NCBI GenBank assembly: GCA_002633005.1 | Contig: NMRA01000118.1 | Coordinates: forward strand, 310,707-374,706 | DNA: 64,000 nucleotides | Source of the DNA: Phoronis australis | Taxonomy: Eukaryota > Animalia > Phoronida | Reading direction: 5' to 3' | Shown here: positions 30,001-42,000 of the stretch, piece by piece | How positions within the stretch are numbered: the first letter of the stretch is position 1 | Layout: every line of letters starts with the position of its first letter | Made by a program: the position numbers and the translations under genes | Notes under the pieces: model-generated | Databases searched by the model: none | Told to the model about the DNA's origin: nothing | Seen by the model: the letters and a program-made list of their open reading frames with translations, nothing else

Positions 30001-33000
30001 CAAAATGTTCACAGCAGTTATCACAAACATCGGATTGTTGTAAGAAATAGAGATGAATCCTTTAGACAACACTTAAAATGCCTCTTCAATCACATGTCAT
30101 GGTGTGTCACAAATTAACCACATGCCATGGTGTTTTTGTTAAAAAATCACTCAAACTTGACAGGTATGCTGGTTATAAAAACACAAAACATAGTTGATGA
30201 TCTCTGTCAATATCAAAAATTTTTCGAAACAAAAAAGTAAAGCAGTCAAACACAGCAGCATCTTTGTCCACCGTGCCAGCTATTATAAGTACTTAGGAAA
30301 CGAAACTTGCCAATTATTAACTGAAACAAAGGGTCTCATCAATTTGTTCAACAATTGTCACTGACGGTGACTGCAACTTGTTCAGTGAAATTTGAAGTTC
30401 ATTGGTACAGCTTAAATACACGTCAGTTATCATAACCTCTTACTTGGTGAATGACAAGTCTTGGCACAGTCCATGTATATACTCCCATAGGGGGCATGGG
30501 TAGGGTCCACTACTGTGCAGTAGCCACAGGAGTCCACAACAAAGCTGCCATTACAGACACCAGCACAGTCAAACAAACTATCAAACTCGTCCTCTGCGTA
30601 ACCCGTGTTACCACCTGCATGTTGAAGAGTAACAATTGAAATTAAACAAAGTCTCTCAACATGACGCGACGATAATGTAGTCTGACAGTCTCATTATGCA
30701 GTCAACTAAGACATGCTCGGTGCATTAAACAACTCCGCATCAAGCCAATTACTTAGTAACATCTGATCAATAGCAAACTGTCACTTATCCCAAGCACAGA
30801 AATCACATCTAATCTGAACAAGGAACACGTCGAGACCAATTTTGTAAATGTCGAGTAGTTTTTTGACAGGAGGCCTTGAACCTTGCAAGTTCAGAAGGCA
30901 GTTCGATATTTGTCCTACATGACTTTGCTTCGCCCTCATTCACTTTATGGCATGCTAACCTAATACTGCACAGAGGGAACATATGTTAAGTTAGCCTTTT
31001 TTGCTGATTTACCACCAACATGATCATAGATATTGGGCGAGATTATGCAACAAGACAAGGATTTTCTCACTTTTTTCGATAAGTTTGGAAACCTGCAAGC
31101 CGTTCATATATAGCACTCCTTCAAGTGGTTTTGGCTTACATTCGAACATTGTGCTAATTGGCTAAAACAGGCAAATAATCCTTAAGCATAACATCAAGAT
31201 CAGTTGCCTAGTACCAAAGAAACCTTGTTGATTACTGGTACCTACCTACGCATCTGTCGGCACACATGTCCCAGGTGGCGTTACCGTTGCAGTCGCCATT
31301 ACAATCCCATGATTCAGAGTAAAATTCAGAGCTCGTACAGACGCCGCACTGGTCAATGCCAAAGTTCGCTGCACGACCTGTGTTTCCTCCAACACACTCG
31401 TCGCATTTGTTGATGATGGCCGTACCTCCGCAGTCACCCCAGCAGTCGAACACTTTGTTTCCTCCCTTATTAACACAAGTGTCTGAAAAAGATTCAGTCA
31501 TAGCCGTCAAAATATAATAAACTTTTTTCACAAGAACTCAGTCAAACTCAGTCAAGTTCTGACTTTGACAGTGACACATTAAGTGGTTTCCGAATGAAAC
31601 GTAAATTTTGTCTCGATAACAGGTCTGTTGTTGAGCTTTTGACTAAATAGATGACATCATGCTGTTTGAGCCTTACATCACTTGGTGGGTGAAAAGCAGA
31701 CGTCTCGTAAACAGGCATGAGGTACAGATTTTTTACAAATTACATTAAATATGACATTGATTTAACAAGTTATGCATTAGCTACGGCAAGGATTTGTCTT
31801 TATTTTAGGATGCAAACCAATTTGGAAACCATATTGGCTATTACGATTATATAGGGCCTTATCGACAAGCATGTGCCTTCATTCAAATATTTAAAAAAAC
31901 TACGAAAACATAATGTGTACAAGTATAAAAGCCGTCAAAATTTGATTTCTAAGTTGGGATGTCAATCAACCCTTGATTGAGTCACATGACACATGTCACT
32001 GAGCAAAATTTAACAAAACCAAGTGGTAAATTCTTAGCAAAACAACGATATCAATAACATGACCAAATTTTATTCAAATAAATTTTCAAGGTGAAACCTC
32101 AAAAATGCTCTTACACTTTTGGAAATTATCGTTTCATTTTTGTTTTGGGCAAATTTATCTTTTTTTCCCAAAAATTATAACAATACATCTTAGAGTCCCT
32201 TGTGCAAATGCAGGTCATTTTGAAATCAATTCAAAGCAGTATTTTGGGGAACATTGCACAAAGCATTGCATCTGAAGCTTCCCTATGCATCCGATCAGCC
32301 ATCCTGAAGTGACCCCAATTTGGACATTTTTCTTGGGCCCCACATTTTACAAATGTCTTAAGTTATCGTAATACAGGAACATGACCGTTATAAAAATAAA
32401 TCAATGACCTAACGTCCAACAGCATAACTCACCACTGCAGTCTCGTATATCCAAGAATGACGTGTAGTTGCTAGTGCCCCCTACACAGACTCCGCACTCT
32501 TCATCAATCCATGCCTCTCCACGACACACGCCCATGCAGTCTTGGAGTTCATTAAATGAGAAAGCCGTCTTCCCTTTAGTGCAGATTCCACAGTCGTCCA
32601 TCTTGGCTGTGCCAAAGCAATCGCCATTGCAATCAGTGGGACAATTTTCTGGAATCACAAGATAATCGATTCATCTCACCAATTTCTAATAGAAATAACA
32701 TTGCCAGAAAACTCATTTTTCAAAAGCTTGTAAGATTAGTTTCAAACAAAAAAAACTTAACTGTTTCCAAAATACTGCATTATGATAATAACTTGAAAAT
32801 TACGGCACATTATCTTGATGTTTGACTTGGTTATAACTTTTGGTAAAAAAAGTTCCACTTTCAGTAAATGTAGTGAAAACATTTAGCACATTTCGTTTCC
32901 AATCTTTTAAACAAATACTAAAAAAAGATAACAAGAAATACATTAAATAAATACTCACATGTAAACTGAGCAAAACTATGAATTACATTTAATCTATTTC

Positions 33001-36000
33001 ATAAGCAGTCAATTGTTAATGAAACAATTCAATATCATAGTTCTTAAAAGCATCAAATCCAATCTTAAATTGTATCAATGCTGACAATTTGAAGGAGCAT
33101 TTCACCATTTCTTAACACTGGCCGCGCCATGCAATAAAATATTCAATTAGTAACAAAGTTAATCCAAATAAAATAGACTCTTGTCAGTTTCAAAACAAAC
33201 TGTGATGAGGGTGCAAACAACAACCATGCCGATATTTCATAATTAATTCTCATTCTACAATATTTTTCAGTTATCTAACACAAAATCATTACCAATTGAA
33301 AATTCTCATGTTTTCGTATTTTTAATGGCAGACTTTTTGCTACAGGTAAGCAAAAACAGGTGTAGATAAGTTACAACCATGGCAAAAACCTTACCAGTAA
33401 ACATATAGTACTATATCTATAAACGCGCCTTACATAAAAGTAACCGTTATACGTCCAATTCTAAACACAAGGGTCCAGTGAACCCACTTTAAAAAATTCT
33501 CGTGGTCCATGAAAACTGTTCGGAAATGGCACCAAAGAAAATAGGAAAATGGAGCGAAACTGGAAGTACATTTTGAGAACAGAAAATATTCCAAATATAA
33601 CAAGAACTTAGCCAATTCCCAATTGATAATGATAATAATAACAATCCACCTACTATAGTTTAATTACCTCAAATGATGCAAAATGCAGTCTTGGGTGAAC
33701 ACTAACTATCTGTCAAAAACTAATATCATCTTGTATATACTAAGGCTAGAAGTGATTTCAAGCTGACATTTTTTTATAACTGCAAATGACCAGGGGGCTT
33801 GACCCGGCTGGTCAACGCCTCTACGAACTGTCCGCTCCCGACAGGACCAGGAATCACTTCAAGTAAGGAACGAATATTATAGCGGCAAGGGTTCTGAGTC
33901 AAAAGTTAGTATCTCAAACGGAAGGCAGATATTGAAGAAACCAATCAATTTATTGGTGCCTGCGACTTTAGGTGTTAAACAGGTGAAGAAATATTGTACC
34001 ATGCACTGGAGGTGATACTGCCATTTAATCGTTACTAACAGTGAAGGTATGTGGCAAGACAAATGTTTACACAGACCAAACAAAACATTAAACACAGCAT
34101 GAGCTTACAATCTGATGAATAATTTTAATCTTGTTAGACACTCAAATTAGTAATCAGCAGGTTTAACACAGTTAAAAATCGAAATACTATGTTATAAGAA
34201 ATTACACGTATAAAATCTCTTTAAAAAGTGAGTCTGTGCGCACTTTTGGAAGCCCTAAAATCTGCATCTTCAAATCACGAAAATTAAGAAGTGTTATGTT
34301 AACTCATTTCAGAACAGTTCTCTTTTCAATCCTATATGTTCTGATAAACACAAAATCAAAACAAGACAAGACATGCCACTGAAATGCGTGTGCCCCAACA
34401 TAGTCACAGCGGTTGTGAACCTGGAGTGGGTACGTATAGTCTCACTTTAAACTCAATTAATAATTTCCGGAATGAGATTGCTAAACAAACAACAGAAAAC
34501 ATGACCAGTGGGTGTAAAAGATAATGTTACAGTTAGTAGTAAAAATAGTTTTCAACTGAGTTATGGCATGAGGAGTTTCAATTATGACATAGTTGTCAGA
34601 CTTGTCTGGGCTCCTCGAATTTATGAGAAGACCTAAGCAGCTAAAAAGTTCCAATATAATGTTTGAAAATTTGCGAGACAAGTTTTGGTGTGAAATCTCC
34701 TCAAAGACAACTCCTTTGAAAACTACTACAGAAAAGGAGAACGTGAAATAGGTTTCCAGACACTCACCATTTGGATCTTTTAAAAGATTTAACAAAGAAT
34801 TCCAATGAGAATTACAAAACCAAGTACAATAACAAATATTAACTGAAAGCATTCTTGTAAACTAAGTACACAGATTTTGCGTAGCGTTTGAGGTCTCTAT
34901 GCACTCTGAATCACATTAAAACCAGTCTTTAGGAACATTTTCAATAGCCGTAAGCCACTATACTGCAGCAGAAGCATTAAAGCATTGGGTGACCTGATGT
35001 TCACTAGATGGCGCTAATTAGGGGAAAATGCCTGCTTGATTACTTGAATACATTGAGAACAGAAAACTATTCACCAGAGTTTAGGATCCCTTGTGATCGT
35101 AATGTGTGCTAATCTACAACCCCAGTATTGTGTCATTAGTGCCACCTAGTGAATCCGAGTTGCTCATTTATGGCAGGAGGCAAAAAAGCAGAAGCATCAG
35201 AGGGTGTGCATCAAGCGCATGACGCGCTGCAACTAGGCTTAGCAATCAGAAGGTCCTCAAGCTTAAAATGTTGGACACATACCTGCGAAATCGACAGTAG
35301 CAGAGCCTGAAAAGGAATGGAAACTCTTAATATAAAATTGTAGTAATTTACAAAGTTTTAACCAGAACATTTTTGACTCTCTGTATTGTCTCTTCAATTA
35401 CAATAAAAAGACATTTCCCACTAGCAATGTTTAAGACATTTGAAAACTTTTTACACACCATTGGTCCAAAAACCCTTTATGCCAATAAGTATCAATAGCA
35501 GTCATCATTTAGTAAGTGCATGGACTCAAAGAATAAAAGAAATTTTTCTCACCGGTGTATGAACAACTGAGCGTCTCTCCAAATGAGGTTTTGTCGAACT
35601 TCAATACTGTAGACACCACCTCCTCAAAGACCTTCTTCCATGGTTGCCCAGCAACCAAGACTTCGCCAGCCTTATTCAGGGTAAACTGCACCTCAAATAC
35701 GTTGAGGTCACGAGGGACAGTGCCCTCTGGCAGCAGCATCAGTGTGCGATTCATCAGAGTTGCAAACTCGGGCCAAGTGTAGCCGAGAACCATCCAAGTG
35801 CCATTGATGAAGCGTGGCGTGACATCTGCGAGAGGACTGTTCATAGCCCTGATGGCATCAAAATAAATACACACTCGTGCATCTTTTGTAGCAGACTGTA
35901 ACCACGGACCGTCGATGCAATCATACCAGGAGTTTCCCTGTTCCGGATCACTATTAGGTCGCCATTCACCTTTGACATATTTGTGGTTGGTGAGGAAGAC

Positions 36001-39000
36001 ATCCCAAGGATCAGTGCCGATGAACCAAGTATTGTTGACATACTTCCACTGAGGCCACGCAAAGGACCAAGGGTCATCCAACAGCCACCAATTCCAGTGT
36101 TTGTACTCAGGAATGGCAGTGACACCCCCCTTCACAAACTGGCCGTTCTCACAGGTCCAGTGCTCCTCACTTGCTGACTTGAAGTTGGCACAATTAGCAG
36201 CGTACACATCCGGATTATCGGGACTAAGTTTGGTGACCATCTTTACAGCAGTCTGATAGAAATCCCTCCACGGCAGTTGGCCAATCATCAAGTTTCCATT
36301 GCGGACATAGAAGTTGTCACTGAATACAGCAGGTATGTCAAGAGATGGAATCAACCTCTGAGCAAACTGTAGGATTCCCATGAACCGGTTCAATGATGCA
36401 CCCATCACGTACCACGTGCCGTTTCTGTACTCAGGTGTGGGTACAGGTACGGAGGAATCAAAGAGGCCTGCCACAACCTTGACATCAATACACCTGCGTG
36501 TGTCACTGTTGGTCATCCACGCTCCTTTCATGCAGTCATAGTATGTGATGTTCCGCGGATAACTCCCACGAATCCAGGAACCATCAGTCCCATAGGGCAT
36601 ATAATTCAAGAAAAATTCGTCAAATGGCACATCACCGACATACCACTCTCCCTCTTTCATGTGGATCTCGCCCCACTTTGCTAACCACATATCATTAAAC
36701 ACCCAGGTTGTGCCAAATTCATATCGGCCAACGTCCACCCGGTTGCCTTTACGCCATTGACCGTCCTTGCAAACAAGTTCATCGCCTTTGTTGGAACACT
36801 CAGCAAAATCCCTGTCCAAACTCTTCTCGAATTTGGTTACATTTGCTACTAGTTGTTTCATAAACGATGGCCAAGAAATGTCACTGATGCTCACAGTGTT
36901 GTTCAAAACATACAAATCATACATAAATATGTAGGCATCTTCATCAAAATTGATGAACCTGTGAAGATTTTGCAACATTTGCTTGAACTCATTCCATCTC
37001 ATGTCCAATACATGCCAGCTACCATTGGCAAACTGCGGCTGCAACACTGTCTCAGCTTTCAGAAGGGCGGCTTTGATTTTATCAAACTCAATGCAATTCG
37101 TCTGCTGCGGTACATCAAGCCATGGCCCAAGGATGCAGTCAGCCCAGGTTTCATTTCTGCGGTACTTTCCTTCAACCCACTCATTCTCCACAAGCTTATG
37201 AGTTGTGAAGAACTCCTCCACTGGTTTACCCTTGATATGCCACTCATTATTCACAAGGTACCAGTCAGCCCACTTCCAACTGTCACTTCCCAGCCAGAAT
37301 GTGCCATATTTGAACACAGGTTTGGCTGTAGTCTTTCCTTTCCAGAACTGACCATTGCGACACACCCATTCTTGATCTTCCTCTGGATTCTGGTTCCCAC
37401 AATCCAACACGGCCGACTTAAGATCCGACTGGAACTCGTTTATCTTAGCCTGCACAAAATCAACCATTTTACCCCAGGACATGTCACCAATCATGACCGT
37501 TTGATTAACCACACGTGGCAGCCCAAACTTCACTTGTAGACCAGCAAATGAAGCGAAAACATTCACCATTGAATGAAATTTGGACCAGGGCATATCTGGT
37601 GTAACCCACCACTGGCCAGACTTAAACACAGGCTGTTTGGAGAGACGAGGCAGAAGTGCAGTATATTCCGACACATTTAGGCACAGTTTGGGCTTGGTCA
37701 TGTTAATTTTAGTCACATTCAAGCAAGGCAACCATGTGTCTTCTCTCGGGTACAGTCCACGTATCCACACATTATCAATCAACTTGTGAGTTTTGAAGAA
37801 CTTGTCAAATGGCATTTCACGCACGTACCATGTTTTCTTGTCCTCACGATAATCCCATGGGTCCCATGCCCAAGGATCATCTGACAACCACCACTGGAAA
37901 TGTCGATACTCCGGCTGGGCAGTCACAGTGCCTTTATGAAACTGTCCGTTCTTGCATTCCCATGTCATGTCCTTATTTGGATCTTCGTTAGCACAATCAA
38001 GCTCTGCACCACTAAACTGACTTGAAACATCGCGAATAGTATTCAGAATTCCAGTGGCAAATGTTTCCCAACTTGAGTCACCAATCATAATTGTTTCATT
38101 CACTACACGTAGTGGTTTACCAAGATTTGGCATCGGAATACTTAACGTGTCAAGGACTTTCTGTACCTTAACAACAAACTCTTCCAGGACCATACCTTGA
38201 ACATGCCATTTACCTTGCTTGAACTGAGGCGGGGACAAATCGAAACCTCGCAGGAAGCCTGCGAAGTCTACGCAATCTTCTTTTTTGGGTTTTGTTGATG
38301 GAATAACAGCGTTGAGGCAGTCAAACCAAGACTGGTTCTTTGTTAGTTGTTCATCGTACAACCACTTACCATTCACAAGTTTGTGAGTGTTGAAAAACTT
38401 CTGCCATGGTTCAGTACCGACAAACCAAGTGTCCTCTTTCTCATTGTACTGGAATTTCTCCCATTTCCATTGGTCGTCATTAATCCACCACTCGCCATTA
38501 CGGTATTCAGGTCGGCCTTGTTCAGAACCCTTCCAAAACTGCCCATTCTTACAAATCCAATCATAGTTTCTGTTCGGGTCTTGCTTAGAGCAGTCAGTCT
38601 CTATCTTGCTCTTTGACGCATCCCGAATCACGTTAAGCAATTTGTTAGCGAAATCGTCCCATGTATGTTGACCCACTATGATCGTTTCATTCTCAACTCT
38701 GGGAGGCTTCTGAAGACCATCTATGGGCACAGACAACAAGTCTAGGATGGTCTCCATCTTCTTAGCAAACTCTTCCCAAACCATGCCCTGAACTCTCCAC
38801 TTTCCTTCCTTAAACTGAGGTGGCGCCACATCAAACTTCAAAAGAACGTCGGCAAAATCAATGCAATCTTCCTTTTGTGGTTTTGTCATCTCGAGCGCAC
38901 CCTTAACACACCCTATCCAAGATTCATTTAGAGGTAAGAGCTTAACTGGCATCCAAGCACCATTAACCAGCTTGTGGGTGCTGAAAAACTTATCCCATCT

Positions 39001-42000
39001 TTGGTTTCCAATGAACCAAGTATTTTCCTGCTCGTTGAAGAAGAATGGATCCCATGCCCACTCGTCTTCATTAAGCCACCAGCTTCCGTACTTAAATCTA
39101 GGCACAGCCTGTTCACTGCCCTTCCAGAATTTCCCGTCCTTACACTCCCAATCATATCCATCATTTGGATTGGAGTTCTCGCAGCGCATCAGTTTTGCTT
39201 CCATGCTAGATGAAAACTCAATGACTGGCTTTAAGTGCTTGGCATAAAACTCCTTCCATGACATTCCTTTTACAGCAACAGAGCCATTGACGGGCTCAGG
39301 TTTGAAGGAGTCATCCACAAGAGGAAGATTTGTAACCTGACTTCTAATTTGCTTATAGAACACAACAAACTCTGACCATGTAACATTCTCAAATCTCCAC
39401 GTCCCGTTTTTAAAGTGTGGAGTGAGGGATTCAGTTGAATGATTAAATAGTTGCACGAACTGCGTCAAGTTGAGACACTTATCAGGACGCAGCGAACTTA
39501 TCCACTTGGGATCCAAACAGTCCAACCATGTTTCCTCTCGGGGGTAGATACCTCGTACCCACTTATCATTAATAAGCTTGTGTTCTTTGAAAAACACATT
39601 CCAAGGCATGCCGTCAACAAACCACGTGCCATTCCTGAACTGCCACGGTGACCAATGCCACATGTCCTCCAAAATCCAAAATTGTCCATGTTTATACTCA
39701 GGTTTAGCCTTAATATGGCCCTTCAAGAACATGCCATCCTTACATTCCCATTGCAGATCCTTCAAGAAGTCTTTATTAGTGCAGCTGACCTCTTCACCTT
39801 CAGGAGTCAGCGCCATCTTTAGTATATTACCAGCAAGTCGGCCATATTGGTCTAGCCATGACTCATTTCCAGATTTCATTATTACAGAGCCATTATTTTC
39901 AGAAAACTCTAGGTCTAAAGCTGGAATCTTTTCAAAACCTCCCCTCTTAGACAAGATGTCCATTACGTGTTTAAAGATGGTAGCATGTGATTCCAGACGA
40001 TTGCCCATATACATCAATTTCTTACCATCAAATCGAAGAGTTTTCGCGAAAGATGTACTGATAAACTTGTTCAAATAGTCAAAGTCAATACAGTCATCCA
40101 GAGGGAATACGTCGAGTGAAGAAGCAGCCAAGCAGTTGTACCAAGTGTCTTCAGGTAGGAAGAAGCCTGGTATCCAGTTATCTCGTACCAACTTGTGGCT
40201 CATGAAGAACTCTTCCCAAGGCATGCCATTTACATACCACTTTCCAAACTTCTTCTCCCACTTGCCCCAATGCTCCGGCCACATATCTTCATCCAACCAC
40301 CACGACCCATTGCGGAACTCTGGGTAAATGCCACTCAACGTTCCATTCACAGAGCTTTTCATGAAGCCGTCTGCCTTACATTCCCAAGAGCCTTCCTTCC
40401 ATTTCATGCAGTCAACATCAGCACCCCCTGGAGTCTTTTGAAGATTCAACAACTTATGAAACAAATCATTGACAAAGGATGGCCATGACTGGTTTCCAAC
40501 CACAATCTTTGATCGAACTGTTTTGTTTAGGGATACTGTAACATTGGAATATTGTGCTCGTGCTACAATAGAGTGATTACTGGGGACATTGCCTTTTGCC
40601 AACTTGAAGTAATAGTTGAATTCGTCAACATACATTTCCCATGGTTTGCCATCAATAAACCACCTTCCGTTGATGTTTTCAGGTTCCAGAGAGAACAAGT
40701 CTCCTGCTGTCAATGTCTTGGCAATCTCATCAAACTGGATACAGCCGCTGTCTGTGTAGTGTTTGTCCTTAAGCCAAGGATACCAGTTGGCACAATTCAA
40801 TTCAGCTGCCTTAGCCATCCCCTCCATCGACAACAGATCGTGTATGTTCTTGTCAACAAACTCAGGCCACGTAACATTCCCAATATAAACGGAGCCATCC
40901 TTCATGAGTTTGGGAAACATTGTGAAGTTCTTGCCATCCGGAGCCATCTTAACCACTGACAAACTGTTGTAGTAGTTCAACAGTCCCAAGTAATCAGTCC
41001 AGCTGATACCATACACAGACCAGGTGAATGTTTTGTTATCTAGTTTTGGTGGATCATGGCGACCAGGGGTATCCAGCCATCCACGTATCTCGTCATAGTC
41101 AAGGCAACCTTCTAGCTGGATGTCCACGTGCTTGACGCACCTTGCCAAGGTGTCCTCAGCTGAGAAGTTACCATGGATCCAGTCCTTTCCCACACGTTTG
41201 TGAGTACGGAAGAACTCGTGCCAGAGATAACCACCAATCCACCATTCCCCATGTCGTTTGTAAATGGTGCCCCATCGGTCATCCCACATCTCTTTTCCCA
41301 GCATCCAATGACCTCTGACACGTAGAAGACTCATGCCTCCCAGGGGGCACTTTTCGCAAAGTCCGATTTCTGCAAAAAGAAATGTACGAGTTGTCTAAAT
41401 GATAACATCATACAAAACCTAACATTTGACAGATCTGTCTTCAGTATGAAGTTGTTTCGTTGGTGTAAAATTAACAAAACGCAACTAATTGCTAAACAGA
41501 AGAGATGTCACGACATTAAAGCCCAGAATACACCATCTATGCCTGGCACACCCAGGTCCTGCAGCAGACCTGATTGGAACACCCCTGACTTGTTTCATTA
41601 ATATGAGGTGAATTCAGTAGGGCTAGTAGCTTGCAACATTGGCAAGAGAAAGGTGAGATGTCACCATTCTATTTCAACTGAGGCAGAGCATCTGATCCCA
41701 TTAGTCTTCAGCCACAAAGTACACGCGTTGTGGAATACATCCCATGGCAGTTTGCTATTACATGTTCCATCGCCATTCTGACCATCACACAAAGTAGAAT
41801 CTAACAAGGGTGCACTTGTGTAACAAAGGCAGGGAAGATAGACCTTCTGTGAGGTGGAACACGCATTCCGATCCTATGGTGAATATGGTTTCCTGACTTT
41901 TGTACCCAATTTCAAATATTCAACGGTGTCTTTGGAAAGGCTAATATCAAATATTACGCTTGATGTGTTGATATCACAATTAACGTAAAATAATGAGTAT

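Noticed and set aside
35555-40959. Multiple plus-strand ORFs (up to 228 aa) within the giant exon
   Set aside because: Antisense shadows of a long coding exon, with no recognisable motifs.
35509-41334. 1941-aa ORF as a stand-alone intronless (viral or bacterial) gene
   Set aside because: No signal peptide at its Met. The frame stays open upstream to a strong acceptor at 41370, and a donor at 35552 precedes the stop; both are in phase with neighbouring exons.
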